From: Trueperaceae bacterium | GTDB taxonomy: Bacteria; Deinococcota; Deinococci; Deinococcales; Trueperaceae | Length of the DNA: 64,000 nucleotides | Assembly (NCBI GenBank): GCA_965214405.1 | Contig: OZ243956.1 | Location: forward strand, 128,001 to 192,000 | Direction: 5' to 3' | Shown here: positions 18,140 through 27,592 of the stretch, piece after piece | How positions within the stretch are numbered: the first letter of the stretch is position 1 | Layout of the letters: every line of letters starts with the position of its first letter | Notes under the pieces: generated by a model | What the model was told of the DNA's origin: nothing | Seen by the model: only the letters and a program-made list of their open reading frames with translations | Database searches by the model: none | Program-made: the position numbers and the translations under genes

Positions 18140-19189
18140 TCACCCCTGCGCCGCCTCCCTCACCCCCCTCACCAACTCCGGGTGCTTCGCCTCGGCGTCG
18201 GGATAGTAGAGCACGCAGCGCGCGTAGTGCCCCGGCGCGGCCTCGACCATGTCGGGCAGGCGCGCGTTGCATTCGGCGTGGGCGAAGGGGCAGCGCGGCG
18301 CGAAGGGGCAGCCGGGGGGCAGGTCGGCCAAATCGGGGATGTCGCCGGTGGCCTGTAGGGTCTCGGGCTCCAAACCCGACTCGGGCTTGGGCGCGGCCTT
18401 TTTGAGGAGCTGCGTGTAGGGGTGCTTGGGCGTGTTGATGAGGCCGCTCGAGGGTCCCACCTCCATCAGCCTGCCCGCGTACATCACCGCGATGCGGTCG
18501 CTCATGTAGTGCGCCCCCGCGAGGTCGTGGGTGATGAAGAGGAGCGACAGCCCCTCCTGCTCCTTGAGGTCCAGAAGCAGGTTCATGATGTCGAGCCGGA
18601 TGGACACGTCGAGCATCGAGGTGGGCTCGTCGGCCAAGACGAGCTTGGGCTCCACCGCCAAGGCCCGCGCGATGCCCACGCGCTGCCGCTCGCCGCCCGA
18701 GAGTTCGTAGGGGTATTTGTCGATGTAGCGCTCCGCGGGTTTGAGGCCGCAGCGCTCGAGCAGCGCCTTCGTCTCCTCCCGCACGTTCTTACGGGTGGCG
18801 AGGCCGTGGACGAGCAGCGGGCGCTTGAGGATGTACGAAATCGGGTAAACGGTGTTGAGCGATGAAAAGGGGTCCTGAAAAATCATCTGGACCCGCTTGC
18901 GGTAGCGCCGCAGCGCGCGCCCGCGCAAGCCCGCGGGGACGGTTTCACCCGAGAGCGCCATCTCGCCCGCGGTGGGCTCGTAAAGTCTGGCGATAAGCCG
19001 CGCGACGGTGGACTTGCCCGAGCCCGACTCGCCGACGAGCCCCAGCACCTCGCGTTCGCCGATGGTTAAGTCGATGTCGCCCACCGCCGGGACCTTGGTC
19101 GAGCCGAACATGCCGCCCAGAACAAAAGTTTTGCTGAGGCCGTGAGCCTCAAACACGGGCGTTCCGCTCTCTTCTCCCGTGTAACTCAC
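18140..19189 (-). CDS. Opp/Dpp-family ABC ATPase (OppF-like)
   Basis: GESGSGKST, FQDP, LSGGERQR, HPYT, GCPFAPRC. Confidence 0.95.
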   Translation of the reverse strand: MSYTGEESGTPVFEAHGLSKTFVLGGMFGSTKVPAVGDIDLTIGEREVLGLVGESGSGKSTVARLIARLYEPTAGEMALSGETVPAGLRGRALRRYRKRVQMIFQDPFSSLNTVYPISYILKRPLLVHGLATRKNVREETKALLERCGLKPAERYIDKYPYELSGGERQRVGIARALAVEPKLVLADEPTSMLDVSIRLDIMNLLLDLKEQEGLSLLFITHDLAGAHYMSDRIAVMYAGRLMEVGPSSGLINTPKHPYTQLLKKAAPKPESGLEPETLQATGDIPDLADLPPGCPFAPRCPFAHAECNARLPDMVEAAPGHYARCVLYYPDAEAKHPELVRGVREAAQG

Positions 19190-21153
19190 GCTGGCAACGC
19201 TCCCAGCTCGCCGGGCTGCACCAGCGCCTCTTCCCGGTCATGCGCGGCCAAGAGTGCTTCGTCATAGAGGTGACAAGCGGTGGTGTGACCCTCCACCACT
19301 TCACGCAGCGGCGGCGTCACGGTGTCGCAGAGCCCTTCCAAGCGCCAGGCGCAGCGCGCGAAAAAGGGGCAGCCGGTGACGGGCTTGCTGAGGTCGGGCG
19401 GCTTGCCGGGGATGCCGTGCAGCCTTTCGCGCGCCCCCACGAGGGGCGGAAAGGCGTGCATCAGCCCCTGCGTGTAGGGGTGCAGCGGCTCGGCGTAGAG
19501 CTCGCGCGAGGGGGCCTTTTCGATGACCGTGCCCGCGTACATGATCATCACGCTGTCGCTTATTTCGACCAACAGGGAGAGGTCGTGGGTGATGAAGATG
19601 ATGGCGATGCCCAGCTCCTTGCGGATGACGTCGATTTTTTGCAAGAGCGTGCGCTGCACCACCACGTCGAGCGCGGTGGTGGGCTCGTCCATGAGGATGA
19701 GGTCGGGCTCGAGCGCAAGCGCGATGGCAATAACCGCCCGCTGCTTCATCCCGCCCGAGAGCTGGTGCGGGTAGGCGTCTAAGTAGTCGGGGGAAATGTC
19801 CACGAGTTCAAAAAGTTCTCGCGCGCGTTTGCCTAAAGCCGCCTCGTCCATCCGCGTGTGCGCCCGCATCGCGTCGTAAATCTGCGTGCGGATGCGCGTC
19901 ACCGGGTTGAGGACGTTCATCGAGGCCTGGAACACGACCGAAAAGTCGCGCCAGCGCATCCCGCGTAACTCTCGAGCCCCCACCTTGGCGAGGTCCTTGC
20001 CGCCTAACCACACCTCACCTCCCAAAATCTCGCCGGGCGGCTTGAGGAGCCGGGCGATGCCAAACGCGAGCGTCGTTTTGCCGCAGCCCGACTCGCCCGC
20101 GACGCCCAAGAATTCACCCCGCTCGAGCGTTAGGTCAACGTCCCGCACCGCGCGCACGGTCCTGTCGCCCAGCACGTAGCCCGCGCTGAAGTCTTTGACC
20201 TGCAAAAGCGCGTCGCTGTTGGGTTGTGGGGTGGACCGGATGGGTTGTGCAGCGGAGGACGTAGCAGATATGCCAACGGGCGTAGGCTCGAGCGTCCGCG
20301 CCCGCTTGGGTTTTTTTGCACCCTGAGAGCGCAGCTTCGGATTGGTAATCTCGTCAATCGCAAAGTTAAGCAGCGCGAATGAGGTGCCCAACAAGGCGAT
20401 GCAGAGCCCCGGCGCGACCATCCAGGCCCACTGGCCCATCAGGAACGCCTGGTTGTTCTGCGCCCAGTAGAGCATCGTCCCCCAGGTGGTGATGCCCACG
20501 TCGCCAAGGCCCAGAAACTCGAGGCCCGCCTCGCTAAGAACCGCAAAGAGCGCCGCCCCGAAAAAGTTGGCCGCGATGAGCGAGAGCATGTTGGGCAAGA
20601 TTTCGGCAAAGATAATGCGCCCGCCCCCCTCGCCCGCCACCGTCGCCGCCTGAACAAAATCACGGTTCCGCAGCGTCAGCATCTGCGAGCGCAGCACTCG
20701 AGCGCCCCAGGCCCAGCCGGTTATGGCAATCACAAAGATGATGGGCAAGACCCCGCTGAGGCTGATATAGGCCGCGATGACGATAAGGAGCGGCAGCCCC
20801 GGAATCACCAGAAAGATGTTGGTAAAGGTGGACAAAACCTCGTCTATCCAGCCGCCGTAGTAACCCGCCACGAGCCCAATCAGCACAGAAATAAACGTCG
20901 CCACCGCGCCAGCCAGGAGCCCCACGAGCAGCGACAACCGCGTGCCCCAGACGAGTTGCGAGAAGATGTCTTGCCCTAATGCCGTCGTCCCCAAGAGATG
21001 CTGCGCACTCGGCGGCTCGAACGGGAGGAAGGTCATCTCCGAGGGCGAGGCGGGCGCCAGCCAGGGTGCGAAAAGAGCCACGAACGCGAAGGTCGCCAAA
21101 AGGGCGAGCCCAAGCTGCGACTTGCGGTTGTAAAGAAGCCGCGACCAGTCCAC
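19186..21153 (-). CDS. Fused Opp-family permease (OppC-like) and ATPase (OppD-like)
   Basis: 'HLLGTTALGQDIFSQL' and transmembrane helices, then a linker, GESGCGKTT, LSGGMKQR, HPYT, GCPFFARC. Confidence 0.9.
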   Translation of the reverse strand: MDWSRLLYNRKSQLGLALLATFAFVALFAPWLAPASPSEMTFLPFEPPSAQHLLGTTALGQDIFSQLVWGTRLSLLVGLLAGAVATFISVLIGLVAGYYGGWIDEVLSTFTNIFLVIPGLPLLIVIAAYISLSGVLPIIFVIAITGWAWGARVLRSQMLTLRNRDFVQAATVAGEGGGRIIFAEILPNMLSLIAANFFGAALFAVLSEAGLEFLGLGDVGITTWGTMLYWAQNNQAFLMGQWAWMVAPGLCIALLGTSFALLNFAIDEITNPKLRSQGAKKPKRARTLEPTPVGISATSSAAQPIRSTPQPNSDALLQVKDFSAGYVLGDRTVRAVRDVDLTLERGEFLGVAGESGCGKTTLAFGIARLLKPPGEILGGEVWLGGKDLAKVGARELRGMRWRDFSVVFQASMNVLNPVTRIRTQIYDAMRAHTRMDEAALGKRARELFELVDISPDYLDAYPHQLSGGMKQRAVIAIALALEPDLILMDEPTTALDVVVQRTLLQKIDVIRKELGIAIIFITHDLSLLVEISDSVMIMYAGTVIEKAPSRELYAEPLHPYTQGLMHAFPPLVGARERLHGIPGKPPDLSKPVTGCPFFARCAWRLEGLCDTVTPPLREVVEGHTTACHLYDEALLAAHDREEALVQPGELGALPA

Positions 21154-22140
21154 TTACGCCCCCCGGCTCCGCACCCGCGGGTCGAGGAGCGAATAGGCCA
21201 CGTCCGCGAGAAAGTTCGCCACGAGCACCGCCAGCGTGATAAAGAGAAAGATAGCTTGCATCAGCGGGTAGTCAAGACTGACGACGGCCTGATAAAGGTA
21301 GTAGCCGATGCCGGGATAAGAAAAGACGATTTCGGTAAGTAAAGACCCGCTCACCACGAAACCCAGCGCCATCGCAAACGCGGTAAAACTTGGCAGAATC
21401 GCGTTGCGCGCCGCGTACTGGAGCATGACCCGCTGAGTAGAGAGACCCTTAGCGTGTGCAAACGCGATGTAGTCCTCACTAAGGACGCCAATCAAGTTGT
21501 TACGCATCGTGAGGAGCCAGCCGCCCATCGCGGTCACGATGATGGTCAGCGCGGGCAGGACGCTGTGGTAGAGCACGCTGCTTATCCAGGGCCAGCCCGA
21601 ACCCCGCACCACCTCGTTGCCGTAGCCGCCGCTCAGCGGGAACCAACCCAAAAGATAAGAGAACACATAAAGCGCAATCAGAGCGAGCCAAAAGTACGGC
21701 ACGCCGTTTAGAAAAAGAGAGGCCAGCACCAGCGAATCAGCCCCCGCGGAGTCGCGCCGCCAGCCGGAAAGAATGCCCAGCAGCGTACCCAAAATAAAGG
21801 CGAGCAGCGTGGTGACCCCGACGAGCGCCAGGGTCCAGGGCACCGCCTGCGCCAGCACCGAACTCACGGGCGCGGGAAAGTAACCCAATGAAACGCCGAA
21901 GTCCCCAGTCAGCATCCTTTTCCAATAGTTAAAATATTGTATCAGCGGGTTGGCGTTCGTCTCGAGCCCGAACGCCGCCCGAAGCGCTTCCGCCGCCGCG
22001 GGCGAGAGCCGCCCCTGGTAGCGCGCCAGCATCACCCCGATGGGGTCGCCCGGAACCAAGAGGGGGAGCACATAGTTAATCGTCAGAGCCGCCCAACCCG
22101 TCACGAGCAGCAAAGCGAGTTTGCGCAGCAAGTAGCGCAC
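21154..22140 (-). CDS. Opp-family permease (OppB-like)
   Basis: 'PGDP', 'GDFGVS', 'EDYIAFAHAKGL', 'EIVFSYPGIG', 'DYPLMQ'. Confidence 0.95.
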   Translation of the reverse strand: MRYLLRKLALLLVTGWAALTINYVLPLLVPGDPIGVMLARYQGRLSPAAAEALRAAFGLETNANPLIQYFNYWKRMLTGDFGVSLGYFPAPVSSVLAQAVPWTLALVGVTTLLAFILGTLLGILSGWRRDSAGADSLVLASLFLNGVPYFWLALIALYVFSYLLGWFPLSGGYGNEVVRGSGWPWISSVLYHSVLPALTIIVTAMGGWLLTMRNNLIGVLSEDYIAFAHAKGLSTQRVMLQYAARNAILPSFTAFAMALGFVVSGSLLTEIVFSYPGIGYYLYQAVVSLDYPLMQAIFLFITLAVLVANFLADVAYSLLDPRVRSRGA

Positions 22141-22288
22141 GAGTTCGTACCTCCTACAGCTTCGGTTACCCTGCGCACAAGTTATCTGGTCAGGGGATGG
22201 GGAGTGGAGGGATAGGGAGAGGAGTTTTTAACCTTCTCCCCACCTCCTCTACCCTCCTGTCAATCTCCGTCACACTGTGCCGGGACGC

Positions 22289-24010
22289 TTACTTCAGATG
22301 AATCTCGCGGAACATGAGCAGCCCCGCGGCGCTGTCGTCCGGGCCGCCGTCGGTGTAGGGATTGTCCGCCGTGGGCCAGCCCGTAAAGTTCGACAAGTTG
22401 TAGTTCGAGAACTGCACCCGGTCGGTTAAGGGCACGTAAGGCACCTGCTCGACAACCACCGAAGCGATGTCGCTAATGGCCTGCTTTTGGGTGGCCTCAT
22501 CGCTGCTGCTGCGGTAGGTCTCTAACGCCTGCGTGATCGTCGGGTCGGTAAAACGCGAAAAGTTCGAGGCGGCGAGTTCGCCCACCTCCGCCGAAAATTC
22601 GGGCGCGAACGACTGGTTGTAGAGATAGTAGGGCGTCGGGCCGTTGCCCCAGCCCCACGAGATCGCCATGTCGTAGGTGCCGCTTTGGAGCGCGCGCGAG
22701 TACGAGCCCCAGTTCTCTTGCTGAATGGTCGTGCTGATGCCCAGAGCCTGCAAATTCTGAGAGATGATCTGCGCCATCGTGATGAAGTCGGTCCAGCCCG
22801 CGCCCACCAGGATGTTAAAGGTCGGCAGCGCGTCGCCTTGGGGGTCGAGCAGCGTGTCACCGTTCAGGGTGTAGCCCGCCTCGGTCAGCATCGCCCTGGC
22901 CGCCTCGGGGTCGTAGCCGTAGTTCGCTTCGGCGAGGGACGCGTCGAGCCACACGTCTTGTTGCGACGGGATGATGCCGGTTGGGTCCGCCGGGCCGACC
23001 GAGGTGCCCGCGTAAGCCTTGGCGGCCAAGTCAGCTTTGTCAATCGCCATCGCAATGGCCTTACGCAGCGCCACGTCGTCAAAAGGGGCCTTGGCGGTGT
23101 TTAAGAAAAGGATGTTGTCGTTGTTGACGGGCCACCAATATTGGTACAAGTCGGGATTTTTGGACGCGTAGGTCCGCTCGACGTTGGAGATGTTCGAGTA
23201 GGCGTAGTCCGCTTGATTGCTCAGCAGCAAGAGCAGCGAGGCCTGGTTGCTGTTGGTCACCTGCCAGGTGACGCCGTCGATATAGGGCTGACCGGAAAGC
23301 CAGTAGTTCGGATTCTTGACCACCTTGATAAGCTGCGGCGCGAACGAGTCGAACAAAAAGGGACCCGTCCCGACCGGGTTCTCATTGGTCGCCTCGGCGG
23401 GATTGTCGATACCCGACCAGACGTGCTCGGGCACGATGAGCTGCCCCGCGATGCCGTTGCCGTTCGCAAAAAGCGGCGTGTTGGGTTCTGAAAAGCTGAA
23501 GACCATGGTGTTGGCGTCGGTCACCTCGACGCTCCCCAGACCCAAGGCCCATAGCCCTTTGGTGTCCAGGGCCGGGTACTCTTTAAGGTAGTTAAAGGTG
23601 AACGCCACGTCGTCGGCACTGAAAGGTTCGCCGTCGCTCCAAGAAACGCCCTCGCGCGTCCCGACTGTAAGCGTCAGGGTGTCGTCGCTCCACTCGTATG
23701 AGGTGCCGAGCAGGGGGACCACGTCGCCGTTAAGCGTATTGACAAAAAAGAGCGGTTCATAAATGAGCGGCGTCGCGGGCAGGTTCTGGCCCGCCGTGCC
23801 GAAGGGGTTTAGGTTAAAGGTGTAGCTGCCCGAGTCGCGGGTGACTTGCAGGGTCCCGCCGGTTTTAACAGCTTCTTGCGCGCCCACCTGAGCCGAAAAC
23901 GCCGCCACCACAAGCGCCACAACGAACGCCGCAGCAACGAGCACGCGGCTGACGCTTTCATAGGGAGTCCACCCGACGTTTTTTACTGCGCTACCGATTG
24001 GTTTACTCAT
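22289..24010 (-). CDS. Family 5 (Opp-type) substrate-binding protein, probably oligosaccharide-binding
   Basis: 'IYEPLF', 'WSDGEPFSADDVAFTF', 'PVGTGPF', 'GWTDF'; start ATG 24010 after AAGGAG. Confidence 0.85.
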   Translation of the reverse strand: MSKPIGSAVKNVGWTPYESVSRVLVAAAFVVALVVAAFSAQVGAQEAVKTGGTLQVTRDSGSYTFNLNPFGTAGQNLPATPLIYEPLFFVNTLNGDVVPLLGTSYEWSDDTLTLTVGTREGVSWSDGEPFSADDVAFTFNYLKEYPALDTKGLWALGLGSVEVTDANTMVFSFSEPNTPLFANGNGIAGQLIVPEHVWSGIDNPAEATNENPVGTGPFLFDSFAPQLIKVVKNPNYWLSGQPYIDGVTWQVTNSNQASLLLLLSNQADYAYSNISNVERTYASKNPDLYQYWWPVNNDNILFLNTAKAPFDDVALRKAIAMAIDKADLAAKAYAGTSVGPADPTGIIPSQQDVWLDASLAEANYGYDPEAARAMLTEAGYTLNGDTLLDPQGDALPTFNILVGAGWTDFITMAQIISQNLQALGISTTIQQENWGSYSRALQSGTYDMAISWGWGNGPTPYYLYNQSFAPEFSAEVGELAASNFSRFTDPTITQALETYRSSSDEATQKQAISDIASVVVEQVPYVPLTDRVQFSNYNLSNFTGWPTADNPYTDGGPDDSAAGLLMFREIHLK

Positions 24011-24239
24011 AACACTCCTTTGCTGTAGTTTGAGTATGTCTAAGGCCGCGTCGGCAAACGTAGAAAGTTTAGCTGTGCTAAAGCTTGTGCGACCTCGCCC
24101 GCCTATGTACCCTCCACCTCGAGCCGCCAACAAACCCGGCGCAACCGCTATGACATACTGACTTAAACGGAGTTTACCACTTTTGAAAACGCTGCAATCT
24201 TGTGACGTGCTACGAACAGGCTTTTATCATCCACTCCTC

Positions 24240-24473
24240 GAGCCTGGCCTTACTCGTCAGTTCCAACATAAGGTTGAGTCTCCCCCCTATTGCGTTTGGC
24301 TCCTCACCACTCTTACCCTTGCCTACCCGGCTTTTTAAGTTCAAGAGGCTTGTTCGGACTGGTACTCGGGTGGCGCAGGCCACGCCCGGTCACCCAGGGA
24401 TGCTCGCGCACGGATTCGGCCTTACGCCTGACGGAACAACATACAAAACAAGGACCGAGTTTGGCACGGGCTT
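24240..24473 (+). ncRNA. Candidate 6S-like rod-shaped ncRNA (core about 24260-24437)
   Basis: Nested helices found by hand with several G-U pairs on the + strand, a central bubble, and an upstream TATCAT at 24225-24230. Confidence 0.55.
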
Positions 24474-24499
24474 CTTGATCTCAGGATTCGGTACCGACG

Positions 24500-25600
24500 C
24501 TAATCCGCCGCCGACGGCTCCCGCTCCGAGCGGTACCAGCGGCTGCTCACGTAGTAGTCGCGGTAGAGCAGCGTCAAAAAGGCCGCGACGGGCACCGATA
24601 AAATCGCGCCCACCACGCCGAACAAGGCCGAGCCCGCGAGGATGGCGACGATGATGGTCACGGGGTCGATTTCGATGGTCTGCGAGTAGACGAGCGGCGT
24701 CAAGATATTGGCGTCGATTTGCTGAACCAAAATGAGCACGCCCAGCGCGCCGAGTACCGAGCCAAAACCCGCGGTAAAGGCAAACAGCGCCGTGGGTATC
24801 GCGGCGATAACCGGTCCGAAAAAGGGAATGAGGTTGGCAACGCCCGCAACCACGCCGAGCCCGATGGCGAGCGGGATACCCAGCAAAAAAAGTCCGAGTC
24901 CCGTGAGCACGCCGACCATCACGGCGATAAGAAGCTGACCCCGGATATAGCCGCCGACCGCGAAGCTCACCCCGCCCATGATTTCCTCGACGCCGGGCCG
25001 GTAGCGGTGCGGGAAGGCGCGCAGAAACGAGCGGCTGTAGTGGGGGTAGTTGTAGAGCAAGTAAAGCGTCAGCACGAACACGATAAAGGCCTGAAAGCCG
25101 CCCCCGCCAACCGCCGAAACCCAGGTGAGCACGCCGCCCCCGGCACCCGCGCTTTCTAAAGACGGCAGCACCTGCGTCGCAATGCCCTGCGCGAGCCGCT
25201 GCAAGGTAACAAAAACCTGCTGAAAGAGCGCGCCAAAGCTCGGGTCAATCTGGCGGCTGATAAGGTAGGGCAGTTCCTCGACGGTGCTAATAAGGGTGGG
25301 AAGCTCGCCGGTAAAAACCGTGAGTTGCGCCGCCAGTTGAACGCCCAAAAGCCACAACAGGCCCAGTGACGCGAGCAAAAGGAGCACCACGATGAACACG
25401 CCAAAGGAGCGGTGAAAGTCGCGGCGCTCGAACCACGACACCAAGGGGTTGAGCAAATAGGCTATCAAATAGGCTATCAGAAAGCTTGCCCACACCGACT
25501 GAGTCCGCACGAGCAGCAAGTAAACAAGGACCGCCACGAGCAACCCCACGAGCACGCGCACGTAGGGATTGGCCCAAATTTGTTTGAGCGCGCCTACCAT
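24500..25600 (-). CDS. AI-2E family (PerM/TqsA) transporter
   Basis: 'AYLLNPLV', 'GYIRGQL', 'IPFFGP', 'QQIDANILTP', 'GAILSVP'. Confidence 0.92.
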   Translation of the reverse strand: MVGALKQIWANPYVRVLVGLLVAVLVYLLLVRTQSVWASFLIAYLIAYLLNPLVSWFERRDFHRSFGVFIVVLLLLASLGLLWLLGVQLAAQLTVFTGELPTLISTVEELPYLISRQIDPSFGALFQQVFVTLQRLAQGIATQVLPSLESAGAGGGVLTWVSAVGGGGFQAFIVFVLTLYLLYNYPHYSRSFLRAFPHRYRPGVEEIMGGVSFAVGGYIRGQLLIAVMVGVLTGLGLFLLGIPLAIGLGVVAGVANLIPFFGPVIAAIPTALFAFTAGFGSVLGALGVLILVQQIDANILTPLVYSQTIEIDPVTIIVAILAGSALFGVVGAILSVPVAAFLTLLYRDYYVSSRWYRSEREPSAAD

Positions 25601-25663
25601 TGTGTTATCACCCTCTGTTGTGTTATCACCCTCTGTGTTATCACCCTCTGTGTTATCACCCTC
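25601..25663. repeat. Four copies of a 15-bp tandem repeat TGTGTTATCACCCTC abutting the AI-2E start codon
   Basis: Copies start at 25601, 25619, 25634 and 25649. Confidence 0.95.
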
Positions 25664-25915
25664 GAGCCTCCTTTATTCACCTTATGCACAAGCCGTTAAA
25701 AATAGTGAAAACTTGTCCAAAAGTTTGAAGGAGAATGTAGAACACAGGATGCTCGTTTGATTCTCCCTCTCCTATTTCCTAACTTTACCCCTGAACCCAA
25801 TCTACAAAAAATCTTGCGTAGGGTGAGATATTTATGCGCCACCCTGCGCCGCCCTACTCCACCATCACACGCAATGACGCCTGCCATAACCCCTTCCATC
25901 ACTTGACGCACTGGA

Positions 25916-27037
25916 TTAGGGCAGCCGCCACGCCATCCCGGCGTCTACCGCCGTAATTACCTTGAGCTGGTTGTCGACCGCGTCGGCGACCAAATAGAAA
26001 GTATATACAGCCCCCGGCACGAGGATAAAGCCGGGCACTTCGATGATAATGTTTTGGCTTTCCACCTCCCGCACCACCAGCGTTTGCGCGCCCGACGGGA
26101 CGGGAACGTATTCGCTCGTGTTGGGAAACGAAAGGCCTTGGGCGAGCGTGACACCAGACGCCGCAGGCACCCCGGCCCCGCCGGTCCCGTTTCGCGGTCC
26201 CCCCGGCAAGGCGCTCGTGACGGTCACCGCGGGCGCGATAGAAGACGCGTGGACCACGCGCACGAATATGTTTCCGGCGATGGGCGGCCAGCCCAGAAAT
26301 TCGTCGCGGTAGAGTTGCAGCTCGACCTTTTGCCACGAACCGCCCGGATTGCGAAGGTTGGTGGTGAGGTCGGGCTGCTCGAGCGCCTCTGAAGGTTCCT
26401 GAAGCCTTTGCAGCGTGGCGGAGAGCGTGGCGGTGACGTTCGGTTGAACCTCGACCTCGTAGGTGGTGCTCTGGTAGCCCGCGCGCTGCGCGCTCACGGT
26501 GTAGCCGCCCGGCACCAGGTTCTCCTGAAGCGCGTCCCCCTGGAGCGTGACGCTGTAGCCGCGCGGCCCGACGAGGGTAAAAACGGTGTCGTCCGGGTCC
26601 ACGTTGACGCTCAGCGCGCCCCGCTCCTCCTCGACGGGCGGGGGCTCGTAAAAGCCTACGTAGTTGAGCGTGTAGTACGCGCCCGCCTCGAGCGTGACAA
26701 AAAGCGTCACCGGCTCCAGGGTCCGCGTGGCCCTGCTCGCGCGGGGCGGCGCGTCCGACACGCCTCCGGTACCCGCAGCCGCGTCCAGACCGACCTCCAG
26801 CTCCTGCGGCAGACGGTGCGCGAACACCCGGAGTTCGTGCCTCCCCGCGGGAAGCAACAGATAGCCGGTCACGTCGCTAAAGGCCACATCCCTGAGGACG
26901 AGCTCGTCATCCACCACCAAGTCCACGAGCGGCGCGTCGGGCGACAGGTGCGCCAAACGCAACCCGCTGAGCGGCGCGTCTTGGGCAAACGCGCCGCTCC
27001 AAAAGAGTAGAGCAGTCAGAAATAAGGTGAGGAACAT
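25916..27037 (-). CDS. Secreted DUF4397 domain protein with an internal PEGA-like domain
   Basis: Signal peptide; 'LRLAHLSPDAPLVDLVVD', 'VRVVHAS'; 'LVPGGYTVSAQRAGYQ'. Confidence 0.75.
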   Translation of the reverse strand: MFLTLFLTALLFWSGAFAQDAPLSGLRLAHLSPDAPLVDLVVDDELVLRDVAFSDVTGYLLLPAGRHELRVFAHRLPQELEVGLDAAAGTGGVSDAPPRASRATRTLEPVTLFVTLEAGAYYTLNYVGFYEPPPVEEERGALSVNVDPDDTVFTLVGPRGYSVTLQGDALQENLVPGGYTVSAQRAGYQSTTYEVEVQPNVTATLSATLQRLQEPSEALEQPDLTTNLRNPGGSWQKVELQLYRDEFLGWPPIAGNIFVRVVHASSIAPAVTVTSALPGGPRNGTGGAGVPAASGVTLAQGLSFPNTSEYVPVPSGAQTLVVREVESQNIIIEVPGFILVPGAVYTFYLVADAVDNQLKVITAVDAGMAWRLP

Positions 27038-27099
27038 GCGCACCTTAAAGGGTAAGGATAACGCCCACCGCGAAACTTGTGTTGGTCCTGACAGGCGCG

Positions 27100-27369
27100 C
27101 TACTCCCGCTCGACAAAGCGGACGACGACGGTTTTTTCTTTGCCCTCGTGGTGCCACTTGGTCACGCCCCGCTCGAGCTTGGCAAAAAAATCCTCGATGA
27201 GGCTGCCCCACTCGCTCATGGCCCCGTCGATGCGAACCTCGAGCGTTCCGCCCCCTATAAGCTCCGCAATCTCGTCAGCGTCGCGGTCGCGTATGGTCTC
27301 GAGCTCCAACACCTCGTTACTTTGCGCGCTCTCTAACGCGGGCGCGGGTGTTTCTACAATTTTATCCAT
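27100..27369 (-). CDS. Hypothetical protein
   Basis: 89-aa ORF with SD GGAGG. Confidence 0.6.
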   Translation of the reverse strand: MDKIVETPAPALESAQSNEVLELETIRDRDADEIAELIGGGTLEVRIDGAMSEWGSLIEDFFAKLERGVTKWHHEGKEKTVVVRFVERE

Positions 27370-27592
27370 TATGCCTCCCTACATGGCTTACGTTGCTTAC
27401 GTTTTGCCGAGGCTTGGCCTGCGTTTCCAAACAGATCCGAAAGAAGCGCCTTGGCAACGCTCACTATATCTTTCTAGAAAATGCGCCGCTGTGACGCCGT
27501 CCTCATCCGGCGAAAGCGCCCCCTCAGGTTCAAGCTCAGGTTCAAGCTCAGGTTCAGACAAGCTCGCGCTGGGCAAGTCAGGTTTGAATGCG

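Noticed and set aside
24246..24262. Minus-strand CUGACGA as a hammerhead ribozyme core
   Set aside because: No stem II followed by GAAA downstream; the + strand rod fold explains the region better
24202..24654. ORFs of 150 aa and 62 aa across the intergenic region
   Set aside because: No SD or family motifs; the longer one overlaps the AI-2E gene antisense; the region looks like structured RNA
25601..25663. CRISPR array
   Set aside because: 15-bp units are contiguous without unique spacers, and no cas genes are present
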